From Lama guanicoe (Eukaryota), in contig MU054541.1 in the NCBI GenBank assembly GCA_013239625.1, forward strand, positions 9,405,530 through 9,469,529: a stretch of 64,000 nucleotides of DNA, read 5' to 3'. The position numbers and the translations under genes were made by a program. Of this stretch, positions 1 to 13,530 are shown in pieces. The notes under the pieces are model-generated. The model made no database searches and was not told the origin of the DNA. It saw nothing but the letters and a program-made list of their open reading frames with translations. The stretch's first letter is position 1; each line of letters begins with the position of its first letter.

Positions 1-219
1 ACCTTACATTTTAAAGTCAACACATAAAAAAACTTAAATACTAATTCAGCCTCATCTTAAGCAATAATATCTTTGTAATCACTGGTTTCACGTTATGTGT
101 TTACAACTTATGTTAAAATAAATACGCGTCTATTAAACTTTCAAAACACTTGTCTTAAACTCACTTTGTGTTCCACTGATGACGTAGTTATCTTATTTTG
201 GTTCAGTGTTGGCCTAAGC

Positions 220-434
220 CAGAGTCTCTCAGGCTCGGCGTGGCTGACAGTCTGGGCTAGACAGTTCTTTGTGGTGAGGGCTGTCCTGTGTGTTGTAGGA
301 TGTCTTAGCAGCATCTCTGGTCCCTACTCACTAGCTGCTCGTGATTCATCTCCTCCAGGTGTGACAACCCCAAATGTCACCAGTTATTGCCAAATGTCCT
401 CTGGGGGGCAAAACTGCCCATTTGGGAACCACTG
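220..434 (-). mobile_element. MER20-like hAT-Charlie non-autonomous DNA transposon, near full length
   Basis: Reverse complement reads CAGTGGTTCCCAAA...TTTTGCCCCCCAGAGGACATTTGGCAAT...GGTTGTCACA...GATGCTGCTAAGACATCCTACAA; degenerate 8-bp flanks gcctaagc / gcctagag. Confidence 0.85.
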
Positions 435-1077
435 GCCTAGAGTATCCACAACGGCTTCGCTACTTGCTGCATTCTCAGATCTGTACCACGTGAGTCTCCT
501 CTAATGCAAGTTGAGCACTAATTATCAGGAATTTGCAGTATTCCCTGAATGATGAACTGCCCAGATCCCATCTCTGGAACTCTGACGTGCCGTCTCAGGC
601 TGGCACTCTGGGGGCCGTGCCCACAATCTGCTATTTACAGGTCCACTGAGTACGTTATTTGCACCCCTGCTCTAGTTCTGAGTCACTACCCGATTAAGGC
701 AAGAGCTCCAAACTGATTCGAGGGAAGCAGCTTTTTTCATTACGTTGCCCAGATTAGTGATTTATGAAATGACAAGCCACAAGTGCCCTGAAAGAGTCAC
801 CACATCTTCCAGAGTACCTGCCAAAGTCCCTGAGGAAAAGCTGACTCACGTAATCAGATCTATTCTAGACCGTTCGCGTCAACACTCTTCGGGGATTAAG
901 GATTTAGTCTGCTTGGAATCCAAACGGGTCTCATTGCACCGGGGTTGTGCTCATTGTTCCTCTTCCCTGTGGGTGACTAGGAACTAAAACAGCTGGTCAA
1001 CATGGAGCCCCTCATTCTAACCTCCTAGATGGGGCCTCCCTAACTCCTCCTGGACCACTGCACATAGCGGTGATGAA

Positions 1078-1250
1078 AGCTAACACTTTAAATGCTCACA
1101 CAGTGCTGGGGGTGGATTCATTTCAGCCTCCCAACCACCCTATTAGGTAAGTATTGCCGTTATCCCCCCATCTTGGAGAAGAAAAATGAGGCACGTGGCC
1201 GTGGTCACAGCAAGGGGGTGCAGGCGTCACTGAACTGCGGCAGTAGGGCC
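1078..1250 (-). mobile_element. MIR SINE fragment
   Basis: Antisense MIR core: cattt...cctcccaaccaccctattaggtaagtatt...cccccatcttggagaagaaaaatgaggcac. Confidence 0.65.
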
Positions 1251-2609
1251 GAGGGGACTGATCTCACGCCGCTGTCACTCTAGCACGGCTTGGGCAGAAG
1301 CAGAGCCCTGCAGAGACTTCCAACCTTAACTCTCTTTCCACAGCTTTCTCTCCTCATCATCACCCGGCTCACTCCCTCCTGCTGTGAAACAGATCCGATC
1401 ATGTAACTCTCCCAACTAAAAGACCTCTGAAGGGTCTCACTGTCAGCTGGATAAACCTCACCCTCTTTGGAATGGACTGGGGGGGGGAGCACCTCAGAAT
1501 CTGGCCCCCTAATTCCTTCCAATCTCACTTGTTCCTTTCCTCACCGTGCACCCGGTGTTCCTGCGCGGCAGGCCACTCCCCACTTCCCAAGTACCCGGGA
1601 GCTTTCCTGCCTCCTCCCCCTGCTCCTGCCATCACTCCGCCTCAGAACTGCTCCCTCCGAGTTTGGAGCATCCCATCCATCCTCAGGGAGAGCGCCAGTG
1701 CCATTTCCTCTGAGCAGCCTTTTCTAATTTTCCAGTGGAAATCAGTCCCTTCTCTGGGCTCCCACAGTCTGTGCCCACCTCTGTAACAGCATGTCACATA
1801 ACACTGTAATGACACATCGAAGCACTTCTCTCCTGCCCTCAGTGACTGTCAGCCTTTCAAAGACAGAGGCTGATGATCAATTGTCTTCATATCCCAGCCC
1901 CATTTTTGTACATGTTTTTGGAACTGACGGAAAAGTCAATCAAATATTTCAAGTCTCTAGGAATCAATACATTTTCTATCATTTAATTCAATAAACAGTC
2001 ACCCCTGACCCTTAGATGTCTTGCTGTGCAGGGAAAGTATCCTATGGAAGGAGAGTGAAAGTTGTGGAAATAGTGAAAGAGAGTTCTTCCTAAGAAGATA
2101 ATTTAAAGAGATAAGCACAGAGAGATCTGTCTAAGGAAGAATGCCACGTGCCGCCCATCCCAGGACGGTGTGAGCACGGAAGGTGTAACAGAGAGAGCTT
2201 AAGGTCACTGCATTTTCCAGCTCTACATCCACAGGCTGTCAGGCGCTCCAGTGAGGACTGTCCAGGGTTAAGCTGCTTTGTAAGGGGAGGTATCTGGGCT
2301 AAATGAGATCCAGAAGGTTTCTTCTTATATGGCGTTCTACCATGAAGTTAAATTAACACCAAAGAACCTACATTATTCTCCAGGGTGGGGAAAAGATGAG
2401 ATTCTGTTCCCTGTCCAGGTAGCTTCAAAGGGTATAATCTTCCTGAGAAACATAATAGGGATGAACATGCAAAGAGCTGAGAGCGTTTCATGACACTCAC
2501 TGGCCCGCTGGCCCGCTGCACCACGTTGGAGTGTTTCCACTCCATTAACAAAATGTACCAGGGGCTCCACGGATCAGGGCAGAGGGGAAGAGCATCCTTC
2601 AAAAAAGCG

Positions 2610-2840
2610 ACAACAGCTAACACAAGTGGGCCTTTGCAGGTCCTATCGCAGTGCTTCGTACATGTTCATGATCTCATTTAACCTTCACAAAAACTTGCAA
2701 AGTTAGGTAGGGTACCGTTATTATCTTGATGTTATGGACGAGGACATCGCGTTTCTGAGGAAATAAGTGGCCGCTTGTCTGTGACCACAGCAGGGATATG
2801 GACTTGGGTTTTCCCGCTCCAGGGCCTGTGCTTGCTCCAT
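2610..2840 (-). mobile_element. MIR SINE
   Basis: atctcatttaaccttcacaaaaacttgcaaagttaggtag...tattatc...gaccacagcag, diverged antisense MIR. Confidence 0.65.
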
Positions 2841-4994
2841 GAAGCACGCTGCCCTCTCCCAGAGGACCCCCGGTGTCACTATTTCCTTGTCTGTGGACAT
2901 GCTGACTATAAAGTGCAGTTTGCACCCCAAATTCAAAAGAAAAACACCAAATAAAATAATTACCTGGATAATGAAAAGCAAGGACAACAGATGCTCACAG
3001 AACTCAATTCCTCTTTTGCTGTGAGTTTTGCTGGGAAGAGCCCCCAGGTTGGAGGCTCTGATGGGACAGAGACAGGTTTGAAATCTAGACCTGGGTGGTA
3101 CAACAGTGTCTGTGTGAGTAGCACGTGGCTGGGGTGAGGAGGTGTGCAGAGAGAACAGGATATGAGAGAGAGGAGAGGATGACCACCAAGCTGGATAATC
3201 CAGCCTTGGGTGATGGCGTGTCATCAGTAAGAAGAGATGCCGGGGGTTTACTGTGGCCACGTTAATGATGTAGTTCCTTGAGGGCAGAACGGCATCACCA
3301 TCACCCGCTCCCACTCCCGTTTGTATCTTCTGCAGTGTATACACGTATATACCCAGCATATAACACATTCACTGGTGTACGATCTGTCTCCTCCACTGAA
3401 AGCTAAGTTTGTGAGGATGTGAACTTTGTTTTGTCCTTTCTCCCCATTCTCCAGAGGATGGAAGTGCCTGAATATCTACCTTCATGAGAAAAAAAATGAG
3501 TAAGTCAGGAAGAACAGAAGTTTATCTAAAACAGGAGGCCTGCTATTTACAAGAGACACACAAAAACAGGATTCAGAAAGCTTGAGAGTAAGACGGCAGT
3601 CCTAAATTGGTAAAAAGCACACATTTCAGACTCCTTCACTCTGTCCCATGATTTGTCGGGGAAGTGAAAAGCTATATTCTCTCCCCTTGGTCCTGTCTCC
3701 ATCAAGAATAACATTTAATTTCTTTCTGGCAAATTCAACTCTCTTTTTTGAATCTACTAAACCAAGTAGGAGACACATAAATTGAGAACACAATGGCACC
3801 CCTCAGGTCCCCATCCACAATTTCCTACCATTTAAACAGTCACATGCTTCTGAGAAATCCCTAGACTTTGAAAATTAAGAGACTGTTTTACCTTCCATGT
3901 TCATTACTGGTGAGGGAGAGGCATTTTATTTTTAATAATTCATCAAGAAACGAATGCCAAGACATCTACAATGACTCGGTCATTACAACAGTTGGCCCCT
4001 TTTCAAAGGACCTTTATAACCATCACTTTATCTCCACCACATGGCCATAGCTGATGCCTGGTACACACTGCGGCTCATCCCTGGGCATGGGATTACCCAT
4101 TCTCAAGCACCTTCGACTCTCTTGCAGGAAATCAGGGGCAGGTTTTGAAATTAAAAATCACTATTTTAAATCCTTAATCTTCTTGGAAAATACCTGGGAA
4201 CCATTTCACCACCACTGCTAAAGAAAAACGTGTCATAAAGGGACACTGCTTTCCGGCATCTGATTACAAATGCAACTACTGTCAAAATGAAAGAAAAAAA
4301 AAAGACATTAATCTCCTGAAAGGACAGAGACAATTTATAAATCCCTCCAATATGATGCCGAAAATGAAATTAAACTTCAGTAGGAACGGCTTCTGTAATT
4401 TACACTGCACAGAGTTATAAGGAGTTCTTGGAGAGGAGAGGGGACAATCAGCTGTTTTCTTCTCGGGGCTTAAAAACATGTGAGAAATTATGTTACAAAT
4501 TGCAGTGCCTGAGGCTGAAAGAATGACAGAAATAACCACTGAAACCCAAGAAAACAGTTCATCGGTTTCATTTTAGGAAAGTAGGCACACACTGTGTGTC
4601 TTACCATGGCCTAGGATTAGCCTTCTAAGATAAGAAACTCAACATTGGAGCTTTTGTGTTTTCGGTGGGCTTTAGTCAGCAGGAAACGATGCTGTTCTAT
4701 ATATAGACTAGGGGACGAAGCTTTCCTGAGTAGAGAATGTGTTCTGAGCTGCCTTTTTTCCAATGGTGGTAATGAATTTAAATAAATTCATTCATATCTC
4801 TTTCTCTGTCCCTCCAGGGACCAATGACCCACATTTCTGAAATAGTGTCTGGGGTTGGGATGTGATGAATAAAACCATACGACACCCAGAGTCTGACCAA
4901 CAGCACCTCCATGTCTGATGGAGGAACCACACAATGGCAGCTTTTCCACATGACTTTCTCCTTAGACATCAGCCAATGCCCTACGTCCTGCTTG

Positions 4995-5175
4995 GCTGGA
5001 TGGTGGCGCTAGGAAGTCAGGACATGAAGCGAGGAGACCTATGTTTGAGTCTCAGCTGAACCACTCACTGGTTGAGCATTCTGGTCTTTCGGTTCCCCAA
5101 GTGGTAAATGGAGAAACCTATTTCCCTACCTGGCACAGGCTGCTGCAAGATCAGAAAATAATGCTTCATAAATGT
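4995..5175 (+). mobile_element. MIR SINE fragment
   Basis: gagacctatgtttgagtctcagct...ggttccccaagtggtaaatggaga...ctacctggcacaggctgctgcaagatca. Confidence 0.55.
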
Positions 5176-6839
5176 CAATGTTGGTAGTTGCTGTTTTAAA
5201 AAGGGATGTATTTAAACACCAGCAATTTCTGATAAACCAGTCATTATGGATATTATCCATTAGTTTGTTAAAACACTTCCTCTAGCTTGCAGAATCATTC
5301 TGGACAATGGTTTCCAAGATCAAAGAATACTGATACACGGGGCAAAGGCAAGGTTTCTGCTGATGTACACATAAGAATTCAGAAGCAGATTCTGTCTTTT
5401 TTTTTTTTATATATTTCCTTTTTCATCCTCTTAAGACTTCAAAAGATGTTAGTGATTCATCTAGTCTCATTTTAACCTTCCTCTGACCAGTTTGCTCACT
5501 AGCCTTGCAGGGAAGGCTCTCTCCTGCTCAAGGTGACATTACCTTGCACTGAAATCTCATCGTGCCCGTTAAAATAGCAGCTAAACTGCACACTACCACC
5601 TATGTGCAGCCACTTACGGATGATAAATACATGCTGTAAAATCAAAGTACTGACCTAAAGAGATTGATAACTCTGGCCTCAAAGAGTCAGGGACAAATGT
5701 GTCACCAGAATTGCATGAGATTTTGAAGAGATGGTCATCAGTACAAGAAAGTCTTTCTCTGGAAGCACATTTTGCTTGAAAATGTATGCCATTTACTATA
5801 CAGTGAACAGGATACCAAACTTCTTCAAACAAATGCCACTTCAAGCAGATAAGACGTAGTTATTCAGAGGTTCACTTTTGCTAGGGCACCAAGGCACATC
5901 TGTTGATCATCACGGGACACTGATTTGCAGGTGGAAATATTAACATAAACCAATGCAGTAATTATGTCAGACTGTCAAAGCTAAAAGGAACCCTGAGGAT
6001 CATCCAGGTCAGGACCAAGAATTATTCTTTAGAATTTCCTGTTATCCTGGAGACCGCATGAAGAAAAGTAATTGTCAGCCTGAAATGTTTTTATACATTT
6101 TATACATGCTCTTTGAAAGCCCTAAAAGATAACTACGGAATGCCAGAATTATAAAGATTGATTTCAATTTCTTCTGTCCAATGTTGAAATCGTTCCTTCT
6201 TCAATATTCTTGACAGGTAGTAATTTAACCCCTAGCTAATGTATGCAGTACCCAGTAAGTGTTGCTAAGAGTTCAAGATGGTTCTGGAAGCCTTCTCGGG
6301 TCTGGTTGGCCATTGTTGGTCTGGACTAGCTGTATTAACATAGATGTACAACTAACATCCCAGAAGAGGTAAAACCACTGTATTTCTAGAAAACATTCAC
6401 ATTAGAGTTTACAATCTACTTCAGTATCTCTAACGTGGAGTTACAGGGTTGGACAGGTCCTTAGCAGACAACCTCACTTGTAGGGATTTTCTTTATGAAG
6501 CACATGAGTAAACCATTTGGGACAGCTGTTAGCCTGATCTTGTCAAAAGATCTTCTGTATTCTCTCTAGTGGTTCCTAGGTTCCTCCTTACGTCTGTCAG
6601 ATTGCAGTTGTCCGTCATTTCTCTCACCCTCTATGACTGCTTCCTGTCTCTGCTTATTAAAAATCTCATCACCTGTTTGGAGACAGTGTTATCACTCCTT
6701 CCTCTAATCTGCCTAGAATATTCTCTCACTCCCCTCCTCCCTCTTCTCTTGGCTGTTTCTGTCTGATTCCAGAGAAGCCTGCCTACCACCTGATACACTG
6801 GGTCTGGGGTGCTTTGCTACGGTGGCCCTAGAGAACTAA

Positions 6840-7430
6840 CAGTCATGATCTGATTTTTGCTAAACCTCATCTCTTTGACTGTTGTGTCAAGGACAGACTG
6901 ACGAGACAGGTGTGGAAGCAGGAGACCAGGTAGGAGGGACCACGGGGGCTCAGACCATGGGCAGTGGCAGCAGTGGGAAGGGGCCCAGCCTAGACGTATT
7001 CTCAGTGTAGATGAGATAGGACTTGCTGCCCAATCAGACATGGGGTATGAGAAAAGGAAAGGTGTCAAGGGTGACCTCAAGATTTCTGGTACAGCACAAT
7101 GTCCCAGTCATGCATATAAATACATATTTTTTTCATATTCTTTTTCATTAAAGGTTATTATAAGATATTGAATATACTTCCCTGTGCTATACAGAAGAAA
7201 CTTGTTTTTTTAATCTATTTATATATATATATACATATATATATAGCATATATATATATATGCTAACATTTGCAAATCTCAAACTGTGCCTTACACCAGA
7301 AATTGACACACTGTAACTGACTGTACTTCAATTAAAAAATAAATAAATAAAAAATTTAAAAAAATTTTTTGGTATGAGTAACCAGAAGTATGAAGTCAGC
7401 TTTCATAGAGAAAGGGAAGATCTGTTTCAA
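6840..7430 (-). mobile_element. L2 LINE fragment interrupted by a younger L1 insertion
   Basis: Typical antisense L2 text (ggaagcaggagaccaggtaggagg...aggacttgctg...ggtgtcaagggtgacctcaagatttctgg) resumes as ...tatgagtaaccagaag after 7374. Confidence 0.6.
7092..7363 (+). mobile_element. Short 5'-inverted L1 3'-end insertion (lineage-specific subfamily)
   Basis: 7092-7285 is antisense L1 3'UTR; 7286-7363 is the sense terminus (caccagaaattgacacactgtaactgactgtacttcaattaaaaaa) with an A-rich tail; degenerate TSD aagatttctggta / aaattttttggta. Confidence 0.85.
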
Positions 7431-8659
7431 GCTCACTCCCTTCAGAACCTTCCTAACATTCCTTCAGGGTCAATAGGGGTACACATCCCACTTCATTTTA
7501 CTAAGAAGGAAACCAGAGGACACAGAACTGGTCAACTGAATTAGGATGGGAAAGAAAATCAGAGGCTGATTAGGATTTTAAGTCTGTATTCCGGGATGGA
7601 TGCCAACCAGATCACAGAGCTTATTGCAGATATTTTAAAAAAAAATTGTATAATTTTTTTTTAAAGTTTAAACCACTGAACCAATACTTTTGAATGAAAC
7701 ACACTTAGAGCTTTTCCATGTGCCCACTCAGGCTTCAGGCGGTGGGAATGGGTTGTTTGTACAGACCTATCAAAGATGTGAAAATTTAAAGAAATATACA
7801 TAGATGTGTATATTTCTCTCTCTGAATTTTTATGGAAATTAAACATCAGAGGCTTTGGTTCTCTCCATCTGCAGATCAAGCTCATTTACCCCAGGGGACA
7901 AAGAAAGGTTGCTTCTTATATATCCTCCTTTCTCCTTTGGAGTCTGCCCCACCCAGGAGAGAAGCAAGCTCAGAAGACTCTAAGGCTAAGGAGCTCCAGG
8001 AACATGGGGCTCGGAGGGGAGGGAGGGAAAGAGACACAGAAGCCAGGCTCCCTCCCACCTCCAGCAGCTCCAGGGTTGTTGCCAGGCCTCGATCCACAGA
8101 CGCTCTGACCTGCTCCTGGCTCCAGGGGCTGGATCAGGAGCCGTGAGCAGAGCCATGCGTACTGACTGTCCTCTTTCCCTGACTTACTAGGCAGGTGCAA
8201 CACTCACCCCAGTGGCATCTCTCCATTATCCCAGGGCACTGGCTTGCAGCTACAGGGAGAAGTCAGCAGTGGGAGCGGAGCAAGGGCTCTCAGACCACAC
8301 CCCCATCGCCCCCAGCTCTTCTTCTGGGATGGGCTCAATCTCTCTCCTTAGTGGAGGAAAAGCAGCTGAGAGGGAGGTTCCTTGCCAGGCTCAAGCCCTA
8401 GTCATGGTTGAGGAAAGAGGATCAGGACAGACGGGGTGGCCCTGGGTGGCAGCAACGCAGTCGTGGGAGGAGGCAGTAGGGTCACCCCTGTGGAGTCACC
8501 TTCAAAAAAGATGTGAATCATCAGGGAAGAGAAGATAAAAGAAGATGATCTAATTTGAGGAAACTGAGACAAAATTTCCAACCAGATTGGATCCAATCTA
8601 TTTGAATATGCCTTTCAGGGGCACTGAAGACACACTCTGAGTTCCATAGAATTCTGCTT

Positions 8660-8880
8660 AACATTCGCCACCATCTATGGGACACTTCTTATATATCATG
8701 TAATAAGATGCCTGATGTGGACTCGGTGTCATTTGTTCCTCGCAAACAACCCAAACGAGGTTGATGGTGGTATTATTATCCCTGTTTTAAAGATGAGGAA
8801 TCAAAGGCAAAACGTAGTGGTATCTCTGAGACTGAAATCCTGGCAGTTAGATTCTGGAACCCAGGCACTCAGCCATGATG
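8660..8880 (-). mobile_element. MIR SINE
   Basis: tcatttgttcctcgcaaacaacccaaacgagg...tattattatccctgttttaaagatgaggaatcaaaggc. Confidence 0.7.
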
Positions 8881-11739
8881 TGGGGAGCGGGGGCCGCCTC
8901 CAGCTTGGCCACGCTGCCTAGGGCAGCCGGTGACTTCAGATAAATACAGAACTCTTTAAGTTTGCTTCAACTTGTCTCTAGTTCTCTCCTTCTGTACCTC
9001 TTACCCCAAATCTGGTGAGCCAACACTACGTAACTAACTACGCATGACTTTTTAGTATCATCAAGCAAGTTTGGGTTAGGGTAATGGTTAAGAAACTCTT
9101 CATACAAATCAAAACAGAGTACTCTTGAGCGACTACAAGATGGTAAAGGGTCTCGAAACCATGTCAACAGATGATTCCATGGGATTATCAGCCTGAAAGA
9201 GAGAAGCCATTTGATAAAGGAAATAGTAGCTGTCTTCAAAGACTTTCTTGAAAGCCTTTCATGGGAAAGGAAGATTAGCGACAAGGCTGGGACAATGCAG
9301 TTACAGTAAGTAAAATTTTTAACTTAATGTAAGAAAGAACTCCGAAAAAAAAAAAGAACTCTAATAATCAGACTTTCTGGACAATGGATTGTGCCATTGT
9401 GGTACCTGGGGGGGGGTCCCATTCTTTCAGAGACCAGAGGACAAATGGTCAGAAAGGCTGCAAAAGGCAGTGGTTAGCCGCATCAGTGGTCTTCGGGGGC
9501 CCCTTTCAATTACATGATGACTATGTATTCATATTTACGGTCCAACGTCAGCCATTAATGCTGTTAAGTTCATCATTTGATTTTCAAGTTACGTACAAGA
9601 TTTCACCAGGGTCTGGACTATATGGGACGTTCTAAGAGATCTCAGGTTCTGCGTTCAGTAGTATTTCTTCCTTTTTGCGATTTTTTTTTTCTGTCACTGG
9701 ATATTGCCAGAATAGAGAAATGATTCTTTCTGAATGAATGAAACTTGGTCAGAGTAAGAGTGAAATCATGTTGACAGGTAGCAGGGAGTATTTTCAGGGG
9801 GTAAAAAGAAGGATGACCTCCCCGGAGACAGCACTAAACTGAAAGGTGCCTGTGACCCCCTTCTGCTCCCAGATCCTTCCAGGACTCCTGGAAGATAATG
9901 TGGATGCTCAGAAAGCTCTCTCAATCCTTCTTTGCTTGGACCAAAGGCCTCGTTTTCTCTGGAGGGCGATCTTGTCAAAGCGATGCATGCATTAACCCCG
10001 TGTCCTAGCTGGTCTACCAGAACAACCCTGTGCCTTGGCCCAGGGTGGGCAGGCGGGGAGACCGAGGAGGTAACAAGGGTCTCAGGGTGGCACAAAGCAC
10101 AGGAGATTGCCTGGGTTCAGCTGTCAAGCTCATGCTGTCCTTCCTCTGATCCCCTCCCCCACCCCACTGCAATATCCCATTATCTCCCTTCCCATTCACT
10201 CTCTCTGATTCATTTCAATAGAGAACCTGACCCCATGTAGGTCCAATAGACTTTCCCATTGGTCTATGCTCAATATTCTACAAATACACACAGAAACTTC
10301 TGAACTAATGAATCTCATGTAATTTGTTAATTAATACTTTCAATGGAAACTTTTTAAATGGCATGTATGCTTTAAGTAGAAATGTTTTTAGCCAATATCC
10401 ACTGTCATGAGTATCTTTCCCAGATGGTTAAAGCTCCTGAAGAGATACAAAAATGTACTGAGGGTTACGGGAGACGTGGGGGCAGGAAATTAATTGTGCT
10501 ATAGTCCAAAGAGTTTTAGATTTGCAGGAGGAAGACCCGGGACCCTTGAAGCCTTGGACCCTTGGCTTACTACCTAGGGCAGGACTTTTAAAAATGTCTG
10601 TGGGGAGGACCAGTTTTGTGGGTCAGCTGGTTGACTTATATATTTTAACTTTCAATCCATCACAAACTGATGCTTTAAAAAAATACAATAAAAACGCACA
10701 GCAAATAAAACCCCTTTTTATAAGTTGCTACAAAGGTACCTAAAAGCTTGCTCTCAGTTTCTGTATAATTTCTGCAGATGGGCACCAAGTTTTTGGACCA
10801 CTCTTTGAGTAGCTGGTGTTGGGGAACACAGCCTTCCTTAATTTCTCTGCTGATTCAGTTTCCCTAGGTAATGTGAGGATTAAGATGGTAACAGAGGTGT
10901 GTGATAAACTACAAAGAACCATCAAATTCTAAATAATTATTGTCCTCATTAACAATGACAGTAGTTGAGAATGATGCCAGTGGGCCAAATATATACATAT
11001 TTTTTTCAGTGAGGGTAGATATTCACATGAACCTGTCAAGCCAGAATTCTTAGTGATAACAACTTCCCTTAGAGTTTACTAATTTCCCAAACATAGAGTA
11101 CCTGGCTGAGATGGAAGGAGGGAGGAAGCCACTGAGCGTTGGGAAACTACAACAGAAAGTTCCCGACTGTGTCCATCTTGCCTCTGGCTCTCAGCCTGGT
11201 GATCGGCTGGGCTCTCGGGCTGCAATCTTCCCATCTGCAGGACTCAGTTTAACTAACCTGGGACAGGCATTCAGGACCCCAGCTCAGACACATCCTCATG
11301 CCAGATTGCAACACTTCCCTCTTGGCCTGCCAGGGAACTGGGTCAGGCAACACGTCTGGGAATCGTACCGGGAAATCTCAGCTACCTCTTGGGCACCAGC
11401 GAGGTGGTATTTGAAAACACACGTGCATACACACATGAGCAATTCAGAACCAGCATGAGAGACCTCCCTGGGTGGTGGGCAGTCAGGATCTCTGCTGCAG
11501 ACCTGCCCTTGGAATCCTCTTAGCAGACCTCCCTGCAATGCTACTGGAGGCAGATTCTGGTGAAAGAAGGGGCCTCACCAGTTGCTGGTAAAAATGAGAG
11601 GCTCAAACGCACATAATCAGCCTACAGGACTCTGCTCCCTCTATCAGCAAGAACAAGGGCGTACCTCTCCACCTTTCCCATCTCTCTGGTTTTCCACCAC
11701 CACCCTGCCAGTTCTCTTCTTTTCTTATTTCACATTCAC

Positions 11740-12050
11740 ATTGTTTTTTACAACATAAAAGTAAAATATAAAAAATTAAAAGACAATTAAGCAGTACCGA
11801 AGGACACGAAATAAAAAAGATTTTCTCCCCTTCTCCCTGCCCTAGGGGTTACCACAGTAATGACTATGTGCATATGCTTCCAAAATAGGTTAAGGCTTAC
11901 AGAGGCACAAATGTGCTCTCCATCCATCCATCCATCCATCCATCCACACGCACACACACATGTACATACGTCTACGTGCTACTTTTTCTTTTTGATGAAC
12001 GCGATTGTTCTATAGTTTGGTAATTGACAACACTATTTTTTTTCCTTCCA
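11740..12050 (-). mobile_element. Old L1M(E)-type 3' fragment containing a (CATC)n/(CA)n microsatellite
   Basis: A-rich then ggttaccacagtaatgac...tatgcttccaaa pattern typical of antisense old L1; (CATC)n at about 11920-11946. Confidence 0.45.
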
Positions 12051-12212
12051 TACTTGACATTCAGATTTTGGTCTGATTTTACTTTTAAACTTTTTCCACC
12101 CTACAGTGGGGATGAGCCCTTGCCCTGGTCTCCAGATTTCTTGTTCATGGTCGGACCCCCAACCCCCAACCCAGCCAAACTCCCCCTCTTGCCCTCACCC
12201 TTCCCTCCATTA

Positions 12213-12650
<438 letters not shown>

Positions 12651-13389
12651 TCAGGTGAGTATCACTCAACAAGCATCCATCAGCTCTCACTTCCTGCTCG
12701 AAGCACTTTGGCGCCAGGGGTGCTCAGGGACCCAGGTGTCGCAGTGTCTGTCACACAGCTGTCAGGCTGAGCCAGCTGTGGGAAGGGGGAACAAACACAC
12801 TCGTCTGCTCTTGGAAACTCATGGACCTTCAAAGAAGTCTTTTCTCGGCTATGCAGGATGCCTACAATTCTGCCATTATACAACAGGCATGGGATTCAGT
12901 CAGCCCAAGGTCCAGGTCCACTGAGGGCGTGTCCCCCCACAGGTGACTTTAATGCCGCCAACTTTAATTCCCTCATCTGGAAACAATCAGCCCACCTGAG
13001 AGAACGCCTGATCGGATTCATGGTCACAGAGAAGGCTCGGGTGCCCCACGTGGGAACCGGACGTGAGCATGGCGGCTGGGCTGGCCAGTCCGCTCACGTG
13101 GCATCCACGGTGGGCTCTTCAAACTGTAGGGGGGGGTTCCGATCACACTCTGGGAGCCTGGTGGCACCTGCACACAGCTCACCCCTCACTCCTGAACTGC
13201 TGGGTTCCCCAAACCACCTGACGTTTCAAACCCCTGAGGCTTGGTGACTTTCCTTCTGTTCTGTTTTGTCTTCTGGGTTAATTCCTACTGTCCCTTCGAG
13301 CTTCAGCTCAAACATAATCTCTCCTGAAAACCTTCCCTGATGGTTACATCACTGGCTGGACCCACTGTGGCAGTGATGATGATGACAGT

Positions 13390-13530
13390 AATAAGCTAAA
13401 GCCAACCCTTCCACCATGCTTACCCCGCACCAGAGAGTGTTCCAAGCGCTGTACACATCTAACCAACTCAATCCCCTCAACAAGCCAGCGCTGTAGACAC
13501 TATTATCATTTCACTTTTACAGATGACGGC
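13390..13530 (-). mobile_element. MIR SINE fragment
   Basis: gtgttccaagcgctgtacacat...aatcccctcaacaagcc...tattatcatttcacttttacagatga. Confidence 0.7.

Noticed and set aside
5612-5665. Minus-strand ttttacag|CATGTATTTATCATCC|gtaagt mini-exon-like pattern
   Set aside because: Both possible acceptors give non-multiples of 3 (16 or 37 nt) and the exonic side of the donor is weak; likely chance.
9766-9900. Minus-strand peptide SSFFLPPENTP, vaguely like the proline-rich cassette exon
   Set aside because: Similarity too weak, with no splice signals; not a duplicated exon.
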